A stretch of 64,000 nucleotides of DNA from Betaproteobacteria bacterium UBA5216 (GCA_002412495.1 DHVE01000054.1:2419-66418), one strand, 5' to 3'. Counted from the stretch's first letter, positions 37,504 through 49,278 are shown. Notes: a model not told the origin generated them from the sequence alone. Numbers and translations are program-made.

Positions 37504-37548
37504 AGTCGCATTAGTCGCATAAGTCGCTTAGGCCGCATATGCCGCATA
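37504..37548. repeat. 5 x 9-bp imperfect tandem repeat spanning the rsmA start codon
   Basis: agtcgcatt agtcgcata agtcgctta ggccgcata tgccgcata. The rsmA ATG (37539-37541) straddles units 4 and 5. Confidence 0.7.
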
Positions 37549-38318
37549 AACCACGCAAGCGCTTCGGACAAAATTTCCTTCAAAAACAAGAGGTTATTGA
37601 CGATATCCTGTGGGCAATCCACCCGCAACCCGATGATTTGATGGTGGAAATCGGCCCCGGCCTGGGCGCGCTGACTCAGCCGCTGGCCCAAGCGCTGAAA
37701 CAGTTGCATGTGATCGAATTGGATCGCGATATCGTCACAACCCTGCGCGAAAAATACACCAACGGCAACGTGATCATTCACGAAGGCGACGCGCTGAAAT
37801 TCGATTTTGCATCGCTGGGCGCGAAGATTCGGGTGGTTGGCAACCTGCCCTACAACATTTCAACGCCGCTGCTGTTTCATCTCACCGCGCAAATCGCTTG
37901 CGTGCACGACATCCACGCCATGCTGCAAAAAGAAGTGGTCGAGCGCATGGTGGCCGCGCCCGATACCGCCGCGTACGGGCGGCTGTCCGTCGCGCTGCAA
38001 TACCGGTTTGAAATGGAAAAGGTACTCGACGTGGGGCCGGATGCGTTTTATCCGCGGCCGAAAGTGGATTCGGCGGTGATCCGCATGCTGCCGCGCGCGA
38101 AACCCGAACGGCAAGCCAGCGACGAAGCGCTGTTCGCGCGCATCGTCACCACCGCGTTTTCACAGCGCCGCAAGACCTTGCGCAATACGCTGCGCAACGT
38201 GCTGGAGTCAGCCGATTTTGAAGTGCTGGGCATAGATCCGCAAGCGCGCGCCGAGACGCTGGCGGTTGGTGATTTTGTGCGGATCGCCAATCACATAAGC
38301 GCGGGACAAAAACCCTAA
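37539..38318 (+). CDS. rsmA: 16S rRNA (adenine1518/1519-N6)-dimethyltransferase
   Basis: [10 protein letters not shown]...[11 protein letters not shown]...[10 protein letters not shown] are KsgA/RsmA motifs. Confidence 0.9.
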   Translation: MPHKPRKRFGQNFLQKQEVIDDILWAIHPQPDDLMVEIGPGLGALTQPLAQALKQLHVIELDRDIVTTLREKYTNGNVIIHEGDALKFDFASLGAKIRVVGNLPYNISTPLLFHLTAQIACVHDIHAMLQKEVVERMVAAPDTAAYGRLSVALQYRFEMEKVLDVGPDAFYPRPKVDSAVIRMLPRAKPERQASDEALFARIVTTAFSQRRKTLRNTLRNVLESADFEVLGIDPQARAETLAVGDFVRIANHISAGQKP

Positions 38319-38704
38319 GTGGTTTTTCGCTGTACAAACTCGATCTTGTAGCCGTCCGGATCTTCGACAAACGCGATCACGGTGGTGCCGTGTTTCATCG
38401 GTCCCGGTTCGCGCGTAACCTTGCCACCGCGTTTTTTGACTTCTTCGCAGGTTTTGTACGCGTCATCGACTTCAATCGCGATATGGCCGTAGCCGTTGCC
38501 GAGGTCGTATGCGTGCGTGTCCCAGTTGTAGGTCAGTTCCAGCACCGACGTTATTGATTCGTCGTCATAACCAACGAACGTGTTGGTGAAACGTCCCGAC
38601 GGATATTCCGACTGGCGCAGCAACTTCATGCCGAGCACCTGGGTGTAAAAATCGATCGAACGTTGCAGGTCGCCCACGCGGATCATGGTGTGCAGCATTC
38701 TCAT
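38315..38704 (-). CDS. gloA: lactoylglutathione lyase (glyoxalase I)
   Basis: [30 protein letters not shown]...GYGHIA... Confidence 0.9.
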   Translation of the reverse strand: MRMLHTMIRVGDLQRSIDFYTQVLGMKLLRQSEYPSGRFTNTFVGYDDESITSVLELTYNWDTHAYDLGNGYGHIAIEVDDAYKTCEEVKKRGGKVTREPGPMKHGTTVIAFVEDPDGYKIEFVQRKTT

Positions 38705-38717
38705 GGTGTTGCTCCGG

Positions 38718-38903
38718 TTAAACCTGCACCATTTCGAAATCGTCCTTGCGCGCGCCGCACTCCGGGCAAGTCCAGTTTATTGGCACGTCCTCCCATTTGG
38801 TGCCGGGCGCGATGCCTTCATCGGGTACGCCAGCCGCTTCGCTGTAAATCCAGCCGCAGATGAGACACATCCAGGATTTATAAACAGTTGCTTCGTTGGT
38901 CAT
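38718..38903 (-). CDS. rubredoxin
   Basis: 61 aa with CLICGWIY...CPECG, the two CxxCG knuckles. ATG at 38901-38903. Confidence 0.85.
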   Translation of the reverse strand: MTNEATVYKSWMCLICGWIYSEAAGVPDEGIAPGTKWEDVPINWTCPECGARKDDFEMVQV

Positions 38904-39031
38904 GATGAGAACGGATCGATATCGGGTTAAATGGTGAATTGCGCTAGAATCGCATTTTAATCGATTCCGCCAGCGGTTCCCGCCGCTTTTCCACTCGGTT
39001 TTCGATATCCAATTGTCTTTTGAATGACGCC

Positions 39032-39886
39032 ATGCCCGAAGCACCGCCCATTGTTCTGGTTTTTTCAGCGACCGATCCCACCGGGGGCGCCGGCATGCAG
39101 GCGGACATTCTCACCCTTGCCAGTATGGGATGTCATCCGCTGTCGGTGATTACCGCGATCACCGTGCAGGATACGATGGGCGTGGACGACATCATGGCGA
39201 TTGACGCCGACTGGATCGCGGATCAGGCGCGTTGCGTGCTCGAAGACATGCCTGTGGCGGCATTCAAAATCGGCGTCATCGGCAGCGTGGATAACGTCAC
39301 CGCGATTGCAGAGGTGGTGTCGGATTACCCGGAAATCCCGCTGATCCTCGATCCCGTGTTTGCGTCGGGCCGCGGCGACGAATTGGCGAATGAAGATATC
39401 GTCGCGGCGATGCGCGAGCTGCTGATCCCGCAAACCACCATCATCACGCCCAACAGTCTCGAGGCGCGCCGGATGGCGATGAATGAGCCCGACGACAAGG
39501 ATGATCCCGATCTTGCGGAGTGCGCGAAACGGATCATCACACTGGGCTGTGAATACGTGTTGATCACCGGCACGCATGAAAACACGCTGCAGGTGGTGAA
39601 TACACTCTACAGTGAAGACGGCGTGGCCAGTGCGGAATCATGGCCGCGGCTCCCGGGCCAATACCATGGATCCGGCTGCACGCTTGCGTCGGCCATAGCC
39701 GCCACCATTGCCAATGGATTGCCGATGGTCGAGGCCGTGAAGGACGCGCAGGAATACACTTGGCAAACGCTCCGGTCGGGCTTTCGCGCCGGCATGGGAC
39801 AACATATCCCGGACCGGCTGTTTTGGGCGCGCGAGGACGAGCCGTCGGCGGACGCGGCTGCTACCGTCGGGAAAGACGCCGTATGA
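39032..39886 (+). CDS. thiD: hydroxymethylpyrimidine/phosphomethylpyrimidine kinase
   Basis: VLVFSATDPTGGAGMQADI...ITPNSLEA...YHGSGCTLASAIA are ThiD motifs. First ATG at 39032; the track start at 39020 is a TTG. Confidence 0.85.
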   Translation: MPEAPPIVLVFSATDPTGGAGMQADILTLASMGCHPLSVITAITVQDTMGVDDIMAIDADWIADQARCVLEDMPVAAFKIGVIGSVDNVTAIAEVVSDYPEIPLILDPVFASGRGDELANEDIVAAMRELLIPQTTIITPNSLEARRMAMNEPDDKDDPDLAECAKRIITLGCEYVLITGTHENTLQVVNTLYSEDGVASAESWPRLPGQYHGSGCTLASAIAATIANGLPMVEAVKDAQEYTWQTLRSGFRAGMGQHIPDRLFWAREDEPSADAAATVGKDAV

Positions 39887-40530
39887 AACCCATGCGCGGC
39901 TTGTATGGCGTGACACCCGACGAGGCAAACAGCGCGCATCTGTTGTCGCGCGTGCGCGGCGCGCTCGCGGGCGGCATGCGCATCCTGCAATATCGCAACA
40001 AGTCGGCGAACGCCGCGTTGCGGCTTGAGCAGGCAACGGCGTTATCCGCGTTATGCCGCGAGTTTGACGCGACACTGATCATTAATGACGATCTGGAATT
40101 GGCCATAGCGGTTGATGCCGGCGGGCTGCATCTGGGCGGCGAAGACGGTTCGCTGGCGGCGGCACGCGCGCGGCTGGGGCCTCGCAAGCGGCTTGGCGCA
40201 TCGTGCTACCGAAGTCTGGATAACGCCGAGCGCGCGATCGCGGAGGGCGCGGATCACATTGCCTTTGGCAGTTTTTTTGTCTCCACCGTAAAGCCCGGCG
40301 CGGTGCGTTCTTCGCCGTCGCTGCTGACGGAGGCGAAGCAAAAATTCAAGGTGCCGGTGGTGGCCATCGGCGGTATCACATTGGATAATGCGCCGGTGCT
40401 GATTTCCGCCGGCGCGGATAGCGTTGCGGTGATCACGGCGTTGTTCGGCGCGCCGGATGTTACGATTGCGGCGGCAAAATTCAACGCGCTCTTTTGTGGT
40501 AACAGCGGTCAGGGTGGTAACTTGCCATGA
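39883..40530 (+). CDS. thiE: thiamine-phosphate synthase
   Basis: [11 protein letters not shown]...ILQYRNK...[10 protein letters not shown]...[13 protein letters not shown] overlap with the thiD stop. The track's longer version is an out-of-context extension. Confidence 0.85.
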   Translation: MKPMRGLYGVTPDEANSAHLLSRVRGALAGGMRILQYRNKSANAALRLEQATALSALCREFDATLIINDDLELAIAVDAGGLHLGGEDGSLAAARARLGPRKRLGASCYRSLDNAERAIAEGADHIAFGSFFVSTVKPGAVRSSPSLLTEAKQKFKVPVVAIGGITLDNAPVLISAGADSVAVITALFGAPDVTIAAAKFNALFCGNSGQGGNLP

Positions 40531-41813
40531 AACAAAGCCAGAAATTGTTTAATCACGCGCAACTGATCATTCCCGGCGGCGTCAATTCGCCAGTGCGCGC
40601 GTTTCGCTCCGTGGGCGGCACGCCGCCGTTCATCAAGCGCGGCCGCGGTTCACAGATTTGGGATGCCGACGGCAATGTTTATATCGATTACGTCGGATCG
40701 TGGGGGCCGTTGATTGTCGGCCACGCGCATCCGGATGTGGTGAAGTCCGTGCAACAGGTCGCCGAGCGCGGCTTGTCGTTCGGCGCGCCTACCGAATCCG
40801 AACTGGAAATGGCGAGCCTGCTGATCAAGCTCGTGCCATCGATGGAAATGGTGCGTCTGGTCAGTTCGGGTACCGAAGCGACAATGAGCGCCATCCGGGT
40901 CGCGCGTGGATTTACCGGGCGTTCGAAAATTATCAAATTCGAAGGCTGTTATCACGGCCACGCCGACGGACTGCTGGTGAAAGCCGGGTCGGGTGCGCTT
41001 ACGTTCGGGCAGCCCTCCTCAGCGGGCGTGCCAGCGGAAACCACGGCGCACACGCTGGTGCTGGATTTTAATGACGACGCTGGCGTTGCCGCAGTGTTTG
41101 CGCAACAAGGCAGCGATATCGCCGCCGTAATCGTCGAACCGGTAGTGGGTAATGCCAATTTGATTGCACCCAAACCGGGATTTCTGAATCTGTTGCGCGA
41201 GTTATGCACGCAACACGGCGCAGTGCTGATATTCGATGAAGTCATGACCGGTTTCAGAGTCGCGCTCGGCGGCGCGCAGGCGCTCTATAACATCAAGCCC
41301 GACATGACGACGCTAGGCAAAGTGATTGGCGGCGGCATGCCGGTGGGCGCGTTCGGCGGAAGGCGCGACATCATGCAGTGCGTGGCGCCACTGGGGCCGG
41401 TGTATCAGGCCGGAACGCTGTCGGGTAACCCGGTGGCGGTCGCGGCCGGGCTTGCCACGCTAACGCTGGTGCAGGCGGCGGGTTTTTACGACAGGCTCAA
41501 CGCCACGGCCTATACGCTCTGTAAAGGGTTGAACGAAGCAGCAGCATCGCGCAACATCGCGTTTTGCGCGCAACACGTTGGCGGCATGTTTGGATTGTAT
41601 TTTCGTAACGGTCACACCGTACCGCCCCAAACCTACGCCGAAGTCATGCAGTGCGACAAAGAACGTTTTAACGCGTTTTTTCACACCATGTTGGCGGAAG
41701 GCGTGTATCTGGCGCCGTCGGCGTATGAGGCAGGATTTGTATCGGCGGCGCATAGCGCAGCCGATATTGACAAGACTATTGCCGCCGCCGATAAGGCTCT
41801 TGCTACCTTGTAA
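40527..41813 (+). CDS. hemL: glutamate-1-semialdehyde 2,1-aminomutase
   Basis: [17 protein letters not shown]...FDEVMTGFR...[21 protein letters not shown] overlap with the thiE stop. Confidence 0.95.
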   Translation: MKQSQKLFNHAQLIIPGGVNSPVRAFRSVGGTPPFIKRGRGSQIWDADGNVYIDYVGSWGPLIVGHAHPDVVKSVQQVAERGLSFGAPTESELEMASLLIKLVPSMEMVRLVSSGTEATMSAIRVARGFTGRSKIIKFEGCYHGHADGLLVKAGSGALTFGQPSSAGVPAETTAHTLVLDFNDDAGVAAVFAQQGSDIAAVIVEPVVGNANLIAPKPGFLNLLRELCTQHGAVLIFDEVMTGFRVALGGAQALYNIKPDMTTLGKVIGGGMPVGAFGGRRDIMQCVAPLGPVYQAGTLSGNPVAVAAGLATLTLVQAAGFYDRLNATAYTLCKGLNEAAASRNIAFCAQHVGGMFGLYFRNGHTVPPQTYAEVMQCDKERFNAFFHTMLAEGVYLAPSAYEAGFVSAAHSAADIDKTIAAADKALATL

Positions 41814-41849
41814 ATAATCTTTTAAAAATAATTACTTACATAACCTCTA

Positions 41850-42503
41850 TTATCGCAGACCGGCGATATATTCCGATACGGCCGCGATCTCGCGATCAGA
41901 TAACTTACCGGCGACCGTGCGCATCATGTTGTTCGGGTCGTTTTTGCGTTCGCCCGCGCGAAACGCCTTGAGCTGCGCGGCAGTGTATTCGGCATGCTGG
42001 CCCGCCACGCGCGGAAACTGCGCGGGCAACCCGGCGCCGTTTGGCGAGTGACACGACGCGCAGGCAGCCACACCCTTGGCCGCGATACCGCCACGATAAA
42101 TCAGTTGGCCTTGCTTCACCAATTCGGGATCGCGCGCGGAACGCGGACGCGGCGTTTGGCTGGCGTAAAACACCGCGACATTCTTGATATCGTCATCGCT
42201 GAGGCCGGCTGCATTGCCGGCCATGATGGCGTTGCCGCGCTCGGCTGGCTTGCCGTCCTTTGATTTGAAGTTGACGAGTTGCTTGACGATATATTCGGCA
42301 TGTTGCCCGGCAAGGCTGGGGTTAACCGGTAGCGGGCTGTTGCCGTCCGGGCCGTGGCAGGCCGCACAGACTTTGCCGACGATTTCCTGGCCCTTGGCGG
42401 CATCGCCCTTGACGACAGACTGTGCCAACAGCGTGGGCGCGTAAGTGGAAAAGGCAATGGCGGTGACAGAGGCGGCGGTTGCCAGAATCGGGCGGAATGT
42501 CAT
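41850..42503 (-). CDS. diheme cytochrome c4
   Basis: Signal peptide plus two CxxCH motifs (CAACHGPDG, CASCHSPNG), each followed by a Met-ligand region. Confidence 0.85.
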   Translation of the reverse strand: MTFRPILATAASVTAIAFSTYAPTLLAQSVVKGDAAKGQEIVGKVCAACHGPDGNSPLPVNPSLAGQHAEYIVKQLVNFKSKDGKPAERGNAIMAGNAAGLSDDDIKNVAVFYASQTPRPRSARDPELVKQGQLIYRGGIAAKGVAACASCHSPNGAGLPAQFPRVAGQHAEYTAAQLKAFRAGERKNDPNNMMRTVAGKLSDREIAAVSEYIAGLR

Positions 42504-42633
42504 GAAAGCTCCGGAAGGCACAGAAAAATAAGGCAGGGGTATCAGAAGCGCCGTATTGTATAGTACACGGCTATTTTCGCGCCAGAATTGGGCGCATTTA
42601 CAATGACCTAGGCCCCCACACGATGACTACGCC

Positions 42634-43257
42634 ATGACCCATCCCGCCGTAGAGTTTCTCGCTTCCGCGCACCGCATGGAAGAAATGTGGCTGGACACGG
42701 GCCGCGAGGTCGCGTTCGCCGGCCGATCCAACGCTGGAAAATCCAGCGCGATCAATGCGCTGGCGGCGCGACACAAACTAGCGTTTGTGAGCAAAACGCC
42801 GGGACGCACGCAAACCATCAATTTTTTCAGCGCAGGCAAAAATCGTCGCTGGGTGGATCTACCGGGTTACGGCTACGCCAAGGTGTCAAAAACTGAGCGC
42901 GAATACTGGGGCGAGTTAATAAGCACTTACCTGATAAATCGCAAGTCTTTGTTTGGATTAATTATTTTGGCGGACTCCCGCCATGGGATCAAACCGCTGG
43001 ATGCGCAGTTGATCGCGTGGTTTTCGCCTACCCGTCGACCAATACACGTGTTGTTGACCAAGGCCGACAAACTGACGCAGAGTGAGTCGATGGCGATTTT
43101 GCGCAAGGTGAAAAGCGAGCTCGCGCGCGGGTATGCTAACTGTACCGTGCAGCTGTTTTCAGCGACCGCAAATCGTGGCGTGGCGGAAGCGAATTCGGTG
43201 GTTGCCGGCTGGCTGGATGCACCGGCTGAACCAACGCAGGTGGATTTGCCAGAATAG
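42634..43257 (+). CDS. engB: ribosome-biogenesis GTPase YihA/EngB
   Basis: G1 GRSNAGKSSAINAL, DLPGYGYA, and TKADK motifs. Confidence 0.9.
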   Translation: MTHPAVEFLASAHRMEEMWLDTGREVAFAGRSNAGKSSAINALAARHKLAFVSKTPGRTQTINFFSAGKNRRWVDLPGYGYAKVSKTEREYWGELISTYLINRKSLFGLIILADSRHGIKPLDAQLIAWFSPTRRPIHVLLTKADKLTQSESMAILRKVKSELARGYANCTVQLFSATANRGVAEANSVVAGWLDAPAEPTQVDLPE

Positions 43258-43440
43258 CGTACAGAAAAAGCCCCCGGTAAAGGGGAGTAAACCGGGGGCG
43301 AAAATGCCGTTATTTGGATGGAATCCGAAATACGGCGCCCGCTCAGGGAGGTGAAGCGGGAGACGAAAAATCGTCGTCTATTCTTAAGACGCTTATAATC
43401 CGAAAGAGTTCCCTAATTATTTTCTCTCTGTAATCATTAG

Positions 43441-44457
<1,017 letters not shown>

Positions 44458-44458
44458 T

Positions 44459-45061
44459 CTAAGTTTGCGAAAGCAACTCCTCGACGGCCGCAATCTTCGC
44501 GCGCTCGATGGCCTTCCCTGCCAGCGAGGTTTTTAACGGCACGCGCGCATCCCGGGGCGAAAGCACGGTGATTTCGATGTCAGTGCCTTCGTCATTCATG
44601 GTAAACACCGGTACGGTGATGCGCGCCTCGCCGCGGTAGAGCGCCGTTTGTCCTGGCTTGTAGTCGATGCCGCGCCCGATCAGGAATAATTCCACTGACT
44701 TCGCGTCGTCCGTGAACAATTGCAGATTGATGTCGGCGTATTTGCCGGCGTTGCCGGAGAGTACCGAGCCGCACAGATGCGGATTGAATTGCGCCAGTTC
44801 CTGCATTGCGCGCACGGCTTTTTCGCGCAGTTCCTGCAAACGTTCCCGCTGATCATCAGCGCGAAATGTTTCTTGATAACTTTTTAGCGCGTCGTCGATT
44901 TCGTCGTTGCCGGGCAAATGGCGCGTGTCGGCGATGCCCGCCTGACGCGCGGCTTTTTTCTTGGCCAGCGCGTAATCTTCAACGCCATCTTCGACCATAA
45001 TGCGCGCCGCTAGGTGCGCAATGCGCCTGCGCTCGTCGTTGCGGTTCGCGCCTCTGGACAC
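44459..45061 (-). CDS. conserved-looking hypothetical protein (possible degenerate nucleotidyltransferase-fold motif)
   Basis: 200-aa ORF with a GTG start, 6 nt downstream of ponA on the same strand. Contains CGSVLSGNAGKYADINLQLF (G-S-x11-D-x-N). No family confidently recognised. Confidence 0.6.
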   Translation of the reverse strand: MSRGANRNDERRRIAHLAARIMVEDGVEDYALAKKKAARQAGIADTRHLPGNDEIDDALKSYQETFRADDQRERLQELREKAVRAMQELAQFNPHLCGSVLSGNAGKYADINLQLFTDDAKSVELFLIGRGIDYKPGQTALYRGEARITVPVFTMNDEGTDIEITVLSPRDARVPLKTSLAGKAIERAKIAAVEELLSQT

Positions 45062-45067
45062 GGTGGA

Positions 45068-47350
45068 TTAAAACAATTGATTGCGCGCCGATTCGGGCGT
45101 GGGTGGCGCGCCGCCGGGCGCATCGCCCGAGGCTTCGCCTTCGGCGCGCGGGGAGAATTCCTGAAAGTAGACTTCTCCGCCGACGGACGTCACGCCCTGC
45201 GGTGCTTCGAGAGGTTGTTCCGGCACGCCTTTGAGCACCACGGACATGTAATTGATCCAGATCGGAAGCGCCACGCCGCCGCCGGTTTCGTTGCGACCGA
45301 GCGTTTGCGGCTGGTCGAAGCCCACCCACACCACGCCGACCAACCCGGGATTGTAGCCGGCAAACCATGCGTCGAGAAAATCGTTGGTAGTACCGGTTTT
45401 CCCGCCCAAGTCGCTGCGGCCGAGTTTCATCGCGGCGGCCGCCGTGCCGCCGCGCACCACGTCGCGCATCATGCTGGTCATGATATAGGCGTTGCGTGCG
45501 TCGATCACGCGCTCGGCATTTTCATTGGCGCGTACGGGTTTTTCTTCGAACAGCACCGTGCCACGTCCGTCTTCGATGCGCCGGATGAAATAGGGCTTCA
45601 CCCGAAAGCCGCCATTGGCGAATACGGCATAGCCTCCCACCATCTGCATGGGTGTGACGTTACCGGCGCCCAACGCCATGGTGAGATACGGCGGATGCAA
45701 TTTGGCGTCGAAGCCGAACTTGGTGATGTAATCCTGTGCGTAGTTGGTGCCGATCGCTTGCAGGATGCGGATCGATACCAGATTTTTTGAGCGCATCAGA
45801 GCGGTGCGCATGGGCATCGGACCATCGTACTTGCCGTCGTAATTTTTCGGGTCCCATGCCTGTCCGCCGGTTTGCGTGGCGGTGAACTGCAGTGGTTCGT
45901 CATTGATGATGGTGGAGGGCGTAAAGCCTTTTTCCAGGGCCGCCGAATAAATAAAGGGCTTGAAGCTGGAGCCGGGCTGCCGTATTGCCTGGGTAGCATG
46001 GTTATATTGTGTGCGGGCGAAATCGAACCCGCCTACCAGGGCGCGAATAGCGCCGTCTTTGGGATCGGCGGTGATCAGCGTGGATTCTACGGCCGGAAGC
46101 TGCGTGATAAACCAGCGTTTCTTGTCGTCGGGCTGGACGCGGATGATGGCGCCCCGGCGTATGCGTAAATTGGGGCCGGCCTTGTCGGTAAGGGCCTCGG
46201 CAACGAATTTAAGGCCGACGGCATCGTTAATTTCTATCCATTCGCCGCCGCGCCGGTAGGCCTTGACGCGTTTGGGTGATGCTTCGGTGACGATGGCGGC
46301 GCGGATGTCGTCGCTATCCGCGTGGTCCTGCAAGGCTTCTTCGAGCGCTTCTTCGGTGGCGCCCGCCGGGATTTCGGCATAGGCCTCCGGCCCGCGGTAG
46401 CCGTGCCGGCGGTCGTACTCGAGCACGCCTTTTCTCAAAGCCGCATAAGCGGCTGTCTGGTGATCGACGAGGATAGTGGTGGTGACCTTCAGCCCCAACG
46501 CATAGGCGCCTTCCTGGTAACGCTCGTACATGGCCGCGCGCACCATCTCGGCGATGTATTCGGCGCGCGTGGCAAATTCGTTCAGCTCGTTTTTGACCGG
46601 CAGCGGTTGTTTGTCGGCCTCGGCCTGCTGGGTTGGGGTGATGGTGCCCATTTCACGCATGCGCCGTAATACGTATTGCTGGCGCAGCTTGGCGCGCGCT
46701 GGATTCGCCACCGGATTAAAACTGGACGGCGCCTTGGGCAACCCGGCCAGCATGGCGGTTTCCGCCAAAGTCAGTTGGTCGAGATTCTTGCCGTAATAGA
46801 TGTGCGCGGCGGAGGCAAACCCGTAGGCGCGCTGGCCGAGGTAAATCTGGTTGATGTAAAGTTCGAGGATCTGCGATTTGCTCAGGCTGGATTCAATCTT
46901 GAAGGCAAGCAACATTTCGTTGAACTTGCGAGTGAGCGTTTTCTCGCGCGACAGGAAAAAATTGCGCGCCACTTGCATGGTGATGGTGGATGCGCCCTGG
47001 CGCGGGCCGATCAAGGTGAAGTTGGCGATGGCTGCGCGAGCCAGGCCGATGTAGTCAACGCCCTTGTGCTGGTAGTAGCGCTCATCCTCGGCGGCCAGGA
47101 TGGCGTCCACCATCGGTTTTGGAACCTGCTGTATGGACACTACGGCGCGACGTTCCTCACCGAACTCGCCTATTAATTTGCCGTCCGCGCTGTATACTCT
47201 TAACGGCACTTTGGGACGATAGTCGGTGAGAACTTCCAGTGTCGGCAGCGTCGGCCAGACCATCACGGCAACGAAAGCAAACAGCAACGCTGTTGCAAAA
47301 ACACCTACAACCACAAGTAATAGCGGATACGTAATCCAGCGAACAGACAT
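45068..47350 (-). CDS. mrcA: penicillin-binding protein 1A (bifunctional transglycosylase/transpeptidase)
   Basis: GT51 motifs EDERYYQHKGVD and RKFNE. Transpeptidase motifs SSFKP, SKN-type and KTGT(T). Divergent from pilM, as in Neisseria and Pseudomonas. Confidence 0.9.
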   Translation of the reverse strand: MSVRWITYPLLLVVVGVFATALLFAFVAVMVWPTLPTLEVLTDYRPKVPLRVYSADGKLIGEFGEERRAVVSIQQVPKPMVDAILAAEDERYYQHKGVDYIGLARAAIANFTLIGPRQGASTITMQVARNFFLSREKTLTRKFNEMLLAFKIESSLSKSQILELYINQIYLGQRAYGFASAAHIYYGKNLDQLTLAETAMLAGLPKAPSSFNPVANPARAKLRQQYVLRRMREMGTITPTQQAEADKQPLPVKNELNEFATRAEYIAEMVRAAMYERYQEGAYALGLKVTTTILVDHQTAAYAALRKGVLEYDRRHGYRGPEAYAEIPAGATEEALEEALQDHADSDDIRAAIVTEASPKRVKAYRRGGEWIEINDAVGLKFVAEALTDKAGPNLRIRRGAIIRVQPDDKKRWFITQLPAVESTLITADPKDGAIRALVGGFDFARTQYNHATQAIRQPGSSFKPFIYSAALEKGFTPSTIINDEPLQFTATQTGGQAWDPKNYDGKYDGPMPMRTALMRSKNLVSIRILQAIGTNYAQDYITKFGFDAKLHPPYLTMALGAGNVTPMQMVGGYAVFANGGFRVKPYFIRRIEDGRGTVLFEEKPVRANENAERVIDARNAYIMTSMMRDVVRGGTAAAAMKLGRSDLGGKTGTTNDFLDAWFAGYNPGLVGVVWVGFDQPQTLGRNETGGGVALPIWINYMSVVLKGVPEQPLEAPQGVTSVGGEVYFQEFSPRAEGEASGDAPGGAPPTPESARNQLF

Positions 47351-47575
47351 TTAGCGGTGACCTTCCAGACAATATCTTTCGATAATTCCTGCACTTAGCG
47401 GCATTTGTTGATAGTGTACTTGAATATCTACCAAGTCGAAAATGAACACGCTACACTATATCCCAGAATGCAACATTAGCCACGGCGTGCGTCGCAAGCG
47501 GCATGCGATAAAAGTGTTTACAAAATAACGAGTTATACGTATCATTTAAAGTAAATTACGGGCGAAAACACTTAT

Positions 47576-48688
47576 ATGCCTATTCTTAAAGAAAAATTTG
47601 GTGGGGTGATGACGAAGCTGGAGCGCTTGTTCCAAGCCAAATCGCCTCCTGTAATCGGCGTGGATATCAGCACGTCCGCCATCAAAATGGTAGAGCTGAC
47701 CGACCGCGGCAGCCATATGTATCAAATCGAGCGCTACGCAATCGAGCCGTTGCCGCGCGATTCCGTGGTGGAGGGAAATATAAACAATCTTGACGCGGTC
47801 AGCGAATCTCTTAAGCGTTGTCACGCCAAGCTGGGAAGCAGCATCAAAACCGTGGCCATTGCGCTGCCCAACGCTGCCGTGATTACCAAGAAAATAATGG
47901 TGCCGGGTGGTTTGACCGAAGATGAGATAGAAGTTCAGGTCGAAACCGAAGCCAATCAATATATTCCATTTTCGCTGGATGAGGTGAACCTCGATTTTCA
48001 GGTGCTTGGGCCGGCGCCAGGCAGTCCCGATGACATTGAAGTCATGATAGCCGCGTCGCGCAAGGAAAAAATCGAAGACCGGGTCGCCGTGTCGGAAGTT
48101 GCCGGACTCAAGGCGACCGTCGTCGATGTGGATTTGTTTGCCGCGCAATCTGCCTTTGAGCTGATTGAATCGCAGTTCCCCGAAAAGGGCAAAGACCAGA
48201 ACATTGCGATCGTGGACGTGGGCGCCACGTTCACAAATGTCAATGTACTGCGCAATGGTCAATCCATCTATCTGCGCGAGCAACCCTTTGGCGGCGCCCA
48301 GTTGACGCAGGAAATACAAGACAAATTCGGTTTGTCGCGCGAGGAGGCCGAAGTCGCCAAACGCGCTGGCGGCCTGCCCGACAACTACGAGACGGACGTG
48401 CTGAATCCATTCTTGGAAACTTTCGGCCTGGAAGTCGCACGCGCGTTGCAGTTCTTCTTTACCTCGACGCAGTTTAATCAGGTACATCACATCGTGTTGT
48501 CCGGTGGTTGTGCCGCCTTGCCCGGCGCCGATGCTGCCGTGGCAAAACGCACCCAAGTCAATACGGTCATCGCGAATCCCTTCGCCAATATGGCGTTGTC
48601 GTCCAAAGTGAGGCCGAAGAGCCTTGCTCAGGATGCACCGTCGTTGATGGTCGCTTGTGGATTGGCATTGCGGAGGTTCGACTCATGA
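47576..48688 (+). CDS. pilM: type IV pilus assembly protein PilM
   Basis: Actin-like ATPase fold (IGVDISTSAIKMVEL...) at the head of pilMNOPQ. An alternative ATG lies at 47609. Confidence 0.9.
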   Translation: MPILKEKFGGVMTKLERLFQAKSPPVIGVDISTSAIKMVELTDRGSHMYQIERYAIEPLPRDSVVEGNINNLDAVSESLKRCHAKLGSSIKTVAIALPNAAVITKKIMVPGGLTEDEIEVQVETEANQYIPFSLDEVNLDFQVLGPAPGSPDDIEVMIAASRKEKIEDRVAVSEVAGLKATVVDVDLFAAQSAFELIESQFPEKGKDQNIAIVDVGATFTNVNVLRNGQSIYLREQPFGGAQLTQEIQDKFGLSREEAEVAKRAGGLPDNYETDVLNPFLETFGLEVARALQFFFTSTQFNQVHHIVLSGGCAALPGADAAVAKRTQVNTVIANPFANMALSSKVRPKSLAQDAPSLMVACGLALRRFDS

Positions 48689-49272
48689 TTCGCATCAACC
48701 TGCTGCCGCATCGCGAGTTACGGCGTAAACAGCAACAAACACAGTTTTTTACGGCGCTCGGCGTGGTCGCCGTGATTGGCGCGTTAATCGCGTTCGGCAT
48801 TTATTATGTGCTGGACGAAGAACACGACAATCAGGTGAATCGAAACAAATATCTCACTGCGGAGATAGCCAAGGTCGACAAGGAAATCGAAGAAATCAAT
48901 CGCTTGAAAGAGCAGACCGCTTCCTTGCTGGCACGTAAACAAGTCGTGGAAACACTCCAAGGTAATCGTGCGGATACGGTGCATTTGCTGGATCAATTGG
49001 TGCGGCAGTTGCCCGATGGCATGTATTTGCGTTCGGTAAGGCAACAGGGATCTAAAGTGACCATTACGGGTGTTACCCAGTCCCAAGCGCGCGTGTCAAC
49101 ATTAATGCGCAATCTGGAGTCTTCACAGAAACTGGCTAGCCCGGCGCTGGTGGAAATCTCTGCCGCCGCTGCCGCCGCCAACGCGGCGCGCGCCAACAAC
49201 TTTACGATGACGGTGAATGTCGTCCGTCCCAAGCCTGCGGACGCGCAGGGTAAAGCGCCGACAAAAGGATAA
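48685..49272 (+). CDS. pilN: type IV pilus assembly protein PilN
   Basis: MIRINLLPHRE motif plus a single TM segment. ATGA overlap with the pilM stop. Confidence 0.85.
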   Translation: MIRINLLPHRELRRKQQQTQFFTALGVVAVIGALIAFGIYYVLDEEHDNQVNRNKYLTAEIAKVDKEIEEINRLKEQTASLLARKQVVETLQGNRADTVHLLDQLVRQLPDGMYLRSVRQQGSKVTITGVTQSQARVSTLMRNLESSQKLASPALVEISAAAAAANAARANNFTMTVNVVRPKPADAQGKAPTKG

Positions 49273-49278
49273 CTTGCC

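Noticed and set aside
37504-37548. Short tandem repeats considered as a possible CRISPR-like or iteron array
   Set aside because: The units are contiguous 9-mers with no spacers, so this is not a CRISPR array. No replication-initiator or plasmid context supports iterons.
38904-39019. Possible TPP riboswitch upstream of thiD
   Set aside because: I could not find the conserved THI-box elements (CUGAGA ... ACCUGAUCUGGAUAAUGCCAGCG-like core) in the 116-bp spacer.
47546-48556. 336-aa ORF antisense to pilM
   Set aside because: pilM on the plus strand has clear family features and operon context. The antisense product has no recognisable motifs. This is a shadow ORF.
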